A DNA stretch of 17,392 bases from a virus (Duplodnaviria > Heunggongvirae > Uroviricota > Caudoviricetes): IMG/VR virus record IMGVR_UViG_3300021140_000485; one strand, 5' to 3'. Every line of letters begins with the position of its first letter. Position 1 is the stretch's first letter. Below the pieces are notes generated by a model. That model did no database searches. It saw only the letters and a program-made list of their open reading frames with translations, and was not told the DNA's origin. Both the position numbers and the translations under genes were made by a program. Shown piece by piece: positions 15,029-17,392 of this stretch.

Positions 15029-17391
15029 TAGTTACACTCAGTTATTGTTGATGGGGTTATGGAAATAATTCCGTCTACGATTGAAGTTACAGTATCGTTT
15101 AGGTTTGTTGAAGGACATATGTCACAAGTTGTAACAGTATATGTTTTACTAGCAGATGTCTGACCTTGTGGTATACTAATAACCAAATTGGTGGTACCAT
15201 TTCCTAAACAGTCACTAGTTGATAACTCAATTGTTACCGTAACATTTGTAGGTGCCGGATATGGTGTTCCACCATTTCTTAGTGTAACCGTTACCTGATT
15301 ATCTTGTCTTGTATATCCACCACATTGGTCAGGTAAACCTGTTCTAAATATAGATTCGGATAATGTAACACATAACGCCAATGGTGACGGTGTTGGTGTT
15401 AAACCAGGTGTTTTAGTAACACCAGGTGTTTGAGTTATCAATACCACAGGGTTCGCTAAACAATCAACACAATTAGCATAAATGGTTGGTTTATTTAAAT
15501 TGAAATAATTTCCTGTGAAGTAAGTTAAAATTGTTTGACCTGCAGGGTAGTAATTCAAGAATTGTCCAACATAAGTCCAACATTCACCATTTACAGTTTG
15601 GAATGTTTGTCCTGTCATAATAGCAAAATTCGTAGGTTGAGTTTGCATTATTGTGGACTGAGGATAGTTAGACTGATTCAATGCACAAGTTTGGAATACA
15701 TAAACAAAGTCTGCCGGTGATGCGGTAGGTGTCATAGTTGGGCTTGGAGTTATAGTTGGTGTCGGTGTGTTTGATGCTGTAACACTTGGTGTAGGTGTCA
15801 ATGTGAATCTACAATCAGTGCAGTTAGCATAAAGTTGAACAATAGAATTAAGAACCGAGTTTGGTTGTGTATTACTATCGTTTCTATCATATGTTAAACA
15901 GAATAGGTCACCATTCACGTATCCGCCAAAAGTTGTTCCAATTGAAATAGGTATTCCGTTAAATGTTAATGTGTCGGATACATAGAACTCAAGATTACTA
16001 TCACAATCTTTAAGAACTTTAGATGTTGGGCAAGTAAACGCCTCTTCAAAGAATGTATAAACTAATTGTCCACCAACTTCAACTGTTCTCGTAGGACTAA
16101 TCGTAGGAGTCAATGTTGGCGATGGTGTTGTTGGTGTATAAGCTGAGAATGAGAATGACATATCACCAGCACAAGTAGATGTTGACGGTGTTGGGGTTGG
16201 AGTTGATGGAATAGATGTAACACTAAATGTTACATTATCACAAGTAATCGATGGTGTTGGTGTTGGGAATGGTACAAAATCACAATCAAAATATGCCGTA
16301 AAATCTAAAGTGTTACAATTTACCGAAGAAGGTGTTGGTGTAGGACAAGGTCCTGTTGAGAAGTAATTAGACGATATGTCGGGACATATTGAATAACAAG
16401 GGTATGTCCCCTCTAATAAACAAGTTCCACCTAAAGAATTACTTAAACACCAAACATCACCAGTATGATAGATGTAACCTGTGGTGATACCGTCTCCTGT
16501 ATAGTAGAGTCTTGAATTGTATGTTCCAGCAACTTCAAAATTACCACTATAACCTGAAAGGGTTGGATAGTTTGTTCTAAAACAAAATTCTGTGTATGGA
16601 CAAGAACTTGGTGTTGATGAAACTGTTGGTGTATTTGTTGGTGTTGGGTTTGGTGTTGGGGTTGGTGTAGGTGTTAAAACACAACTACTACAATCGCTAT
16701 ATGATGGAACACCTAATGAAGGTCCACCTGGTCCTGAGAATTCAACAAATGAATAACAACTACCATTGTAAAGATATGTTGCACCCACAAAAGCAGTGTC
16801 AGTGTCAACTAAGGCGTAAAATATGGTACCATCACTACACTTAGTTAACAATGCAGAATCTTGAGGTCCTGTTCCTGTCGCAGTTGGCGTAGGTGTTGGT
16901 GTTCCTGTTGAAGTACTTGTTGGTGTTTGAGTTGGTGTCGGGGTGTTAGTCGCTGTTTGGCTATTGGTTGGTGTTACTGTAGGTGTTTGGCTATTGGTTG
17001 GTGTTACTGTAGGTGTTGGTGTCACACAAGGAACCGATATCAAACAAGTTGCACAATCGACTTGTAATGTGAACACAACTCCAACTGAGGAATAAAGATT
17101 ACCAACAGCTGAATATGGAACCACAGTTCCACAACCATTATATCCTGAACCACCAATTATACTATAAACCTGCCCAACTGTTAAAGTTCCTGGAACGTTT
17201 TCATATCGGTAATAATTACCGTAACAACAATCTTGAAATAAATAAATGTCATACGGTTCAGTTGACGTTGGTGTCGGTGTAGGGGTAGTTGTTGTGGTAT
17301 TTGTGGGTGTTTGAGTCGGAGTAGTTGTTGTGGTATTTGTAGGTGTTTGAGTTGGAGTATTAGTTGCCGTATTTGTAGGTGTTTGAGTCGG
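15028..17391 (-). CDS. Large Cys-rich modular putative virion protein with PT linkers, 5'-truncated (at least 787 aa)
   Basis: I translated the frame upstream of the track's GTG at 17124. It stays open to the window edge (PTQTPTNT...STEPYDIYLFQDCCYGNYY...), so the real start lies beyond 17392. Four modules end in [DN]CxxC, separated by PT tracts. Confidence 0.85.
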   Translation of the reverse strand, partial: PTQTPTNTATNTPTQTPTNTTTTTPTQTPTNTTTTTPTPTPTSTEPYDIYLFQDCCYGNYYRYENVPGTLTVGQVYSIIGGSGYNGCGTVVPYSAVGNLYSSVGVVFTLQVDCATCLISVPCVTPTPTVTPTNSQTPTVTPTNSQTATNTPTPTQTPTSTSTGTPTPTPTATGTGPQDSALLTKCSDGTIFYALVDTDTAFVGATYLYNGSCYSFVEFSGPGGPSLGVPSYSDCSSCVLTPTPTPTPNPTPTNTPTVSSTPSSCPYTEFCFRTNYPTLSGYSGNFEVAGTYNSRLYYTGDGITTGYIYHTGDVWCLSNSLGGTCLLEGTYPCYSICPDISSNYFSTGPCPTPTPSSVNCNTLDFTAYFDCDFVPFPTPTPSITCDNVTFSVTSIPSTPTPTPSTSTCAGDMSFSFSAYTPTTPSPTLTPTISPTRTVEVGGQLVYTFFEEAFTCPTSKVLKDCDSNLEFYVSDTLTFNGIPISIGTTFGGYVNGDLFCLTYDRNDSNTQPNSVLNSIVQLYANCTDCRFTLTPTPSVTASNTPTPTITPSPTMTPTASPADFVYVFQTCALNQSNYPQSTIMQTQPTNFAIMTGQTFQTVNGECWTYVGQFLNYYPAGQTILTYFTGNYFNLNKPTIYANCVDCLANPVVLITQTPGVTKTPGLTPTPSPLALCVTLSESIFRTGLPDQCGGYTRQDNQVTVTLRNGGTPYPAPTNVTVTIELSTSDCLGNGTTNLVISIPQGQTSASKTYTVTTCDICPSTNLNDTVTSIVDGIISITPSTITECN
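16954..17017. repeat. Perfect 30-nt tandem duplication (codes PTVTPTNSQT twice)
   Basis: tgtttggctattggttggtgttactgtagg at 16954-16983 and 16984-17013, plus 4 nt. Confidence 0.95.
17285..17356. repeat. Near-perfect 36-nt tandem duplication (codes PTQTPTNTTTTT twice)
   Basis: Copies at 17285-17320 and 17321-17356 differ at 2 positions, both synonymous Pro third positions. Confidence 0.9.
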
Positions 17392-17392
17392 A

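Larger units (their letters stand above)
1..17392 (-). other. Segment of a large tailed dsDNA phage genome (T4-like replication/recombination genes plus virion module), probable Bacteroidota host
   Basis: gp46/gp47, primase, RuvC-like, PD-(D/E)XK and tail-collar-like genes on one strand with TAATG/ATGA overlaps. No cellular housekeeping genes. Bacteroidota sigma-A promoter consensus twice. AT-rich. A-rich 5' leaders without clear SD. Virion versus prophage or jumbo status cannot be determined from this window. Confidence 0.85.

Noticed and set aside
203-15720. All plus-strand ORFs in the track (e.g. 752..1048, 3202..3465, 3502..3756, 14742..14942) and the short nested minus-strand ORFs (2094..2282, 8007..8195, 12189..12425)
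   Set aside because: They lie inside longer, motif-bearing minus-strand genes. Their low-complexity content (S/F-rich, TST, VGVGVG) is the antisense shadow of K/E-, EV- or PT-rich coding sequence.
3548-17356. Tandem repeats as a CRISPR array or DGR template/variable repeat
   Set aside because: The repeats are contiguous, in-frame multiples of 3 with no unique spacers. There is no cas or reverse-transcriptase gene and no adenine-specific mismatch pattern.
10753-17391. Eukaryotic or giant-virus origin suggested by mucin-like, Cys-rich proteins
   Set aside because: Overlapping operonic genes, bacterial-type primase, SbcCD and RuvC, and Bacteroidota promoters fit a bacteriophage better.
1-17392. 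tRNA, rRNA, intron, intein or IS element
   Set aside because: No intergenic gap is longer than ~46 nt. I saw no cloverleaf, homing-endonuclease, intein splice or transposase motifs.

Overview
About 99% coding, with all 16 real genes on the minus strand. The window most likely comes from a large, T4-like-gene-carrying tailed dsDNA phage of a Bacteroidota host. The host call rests on two exact TTTG-N19/20-TAnnTTTG promoters, SprB-type repeats and the lack of obvious Shine-Dalgarno sites. In transcription order (right to left) it has: four Cys-rich, Pro/Thr-linker modular putative virion proteins (the first is cut by the window edge), a 722-aa putative baseplate/tail-collar protein, a RuvC-like resolvase, a hypothetical, a DnaG/gp61-type primase, a PD-(D/E)XK nuclease, a YGxxTxWCT-motif protein, a Zn-ribbon protein, gp47/SbcD, three small or repeat proteins, and gp46/SbcC. 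The most notable observations are (1) a cassette of 'shared anchor domain + PT tether + variable head' proteins with SprB repeats, an Asp-box propeller and a repeated 4-Cys module; (2) an Mre11/Rad50-type nuclease whose Mre11 C-terminal part appears to have moved onto the N-terminus of the Rad50 subunit; and (3) two distinct promoter classes. All family assignments are motif recognition by eye; no database search was run.
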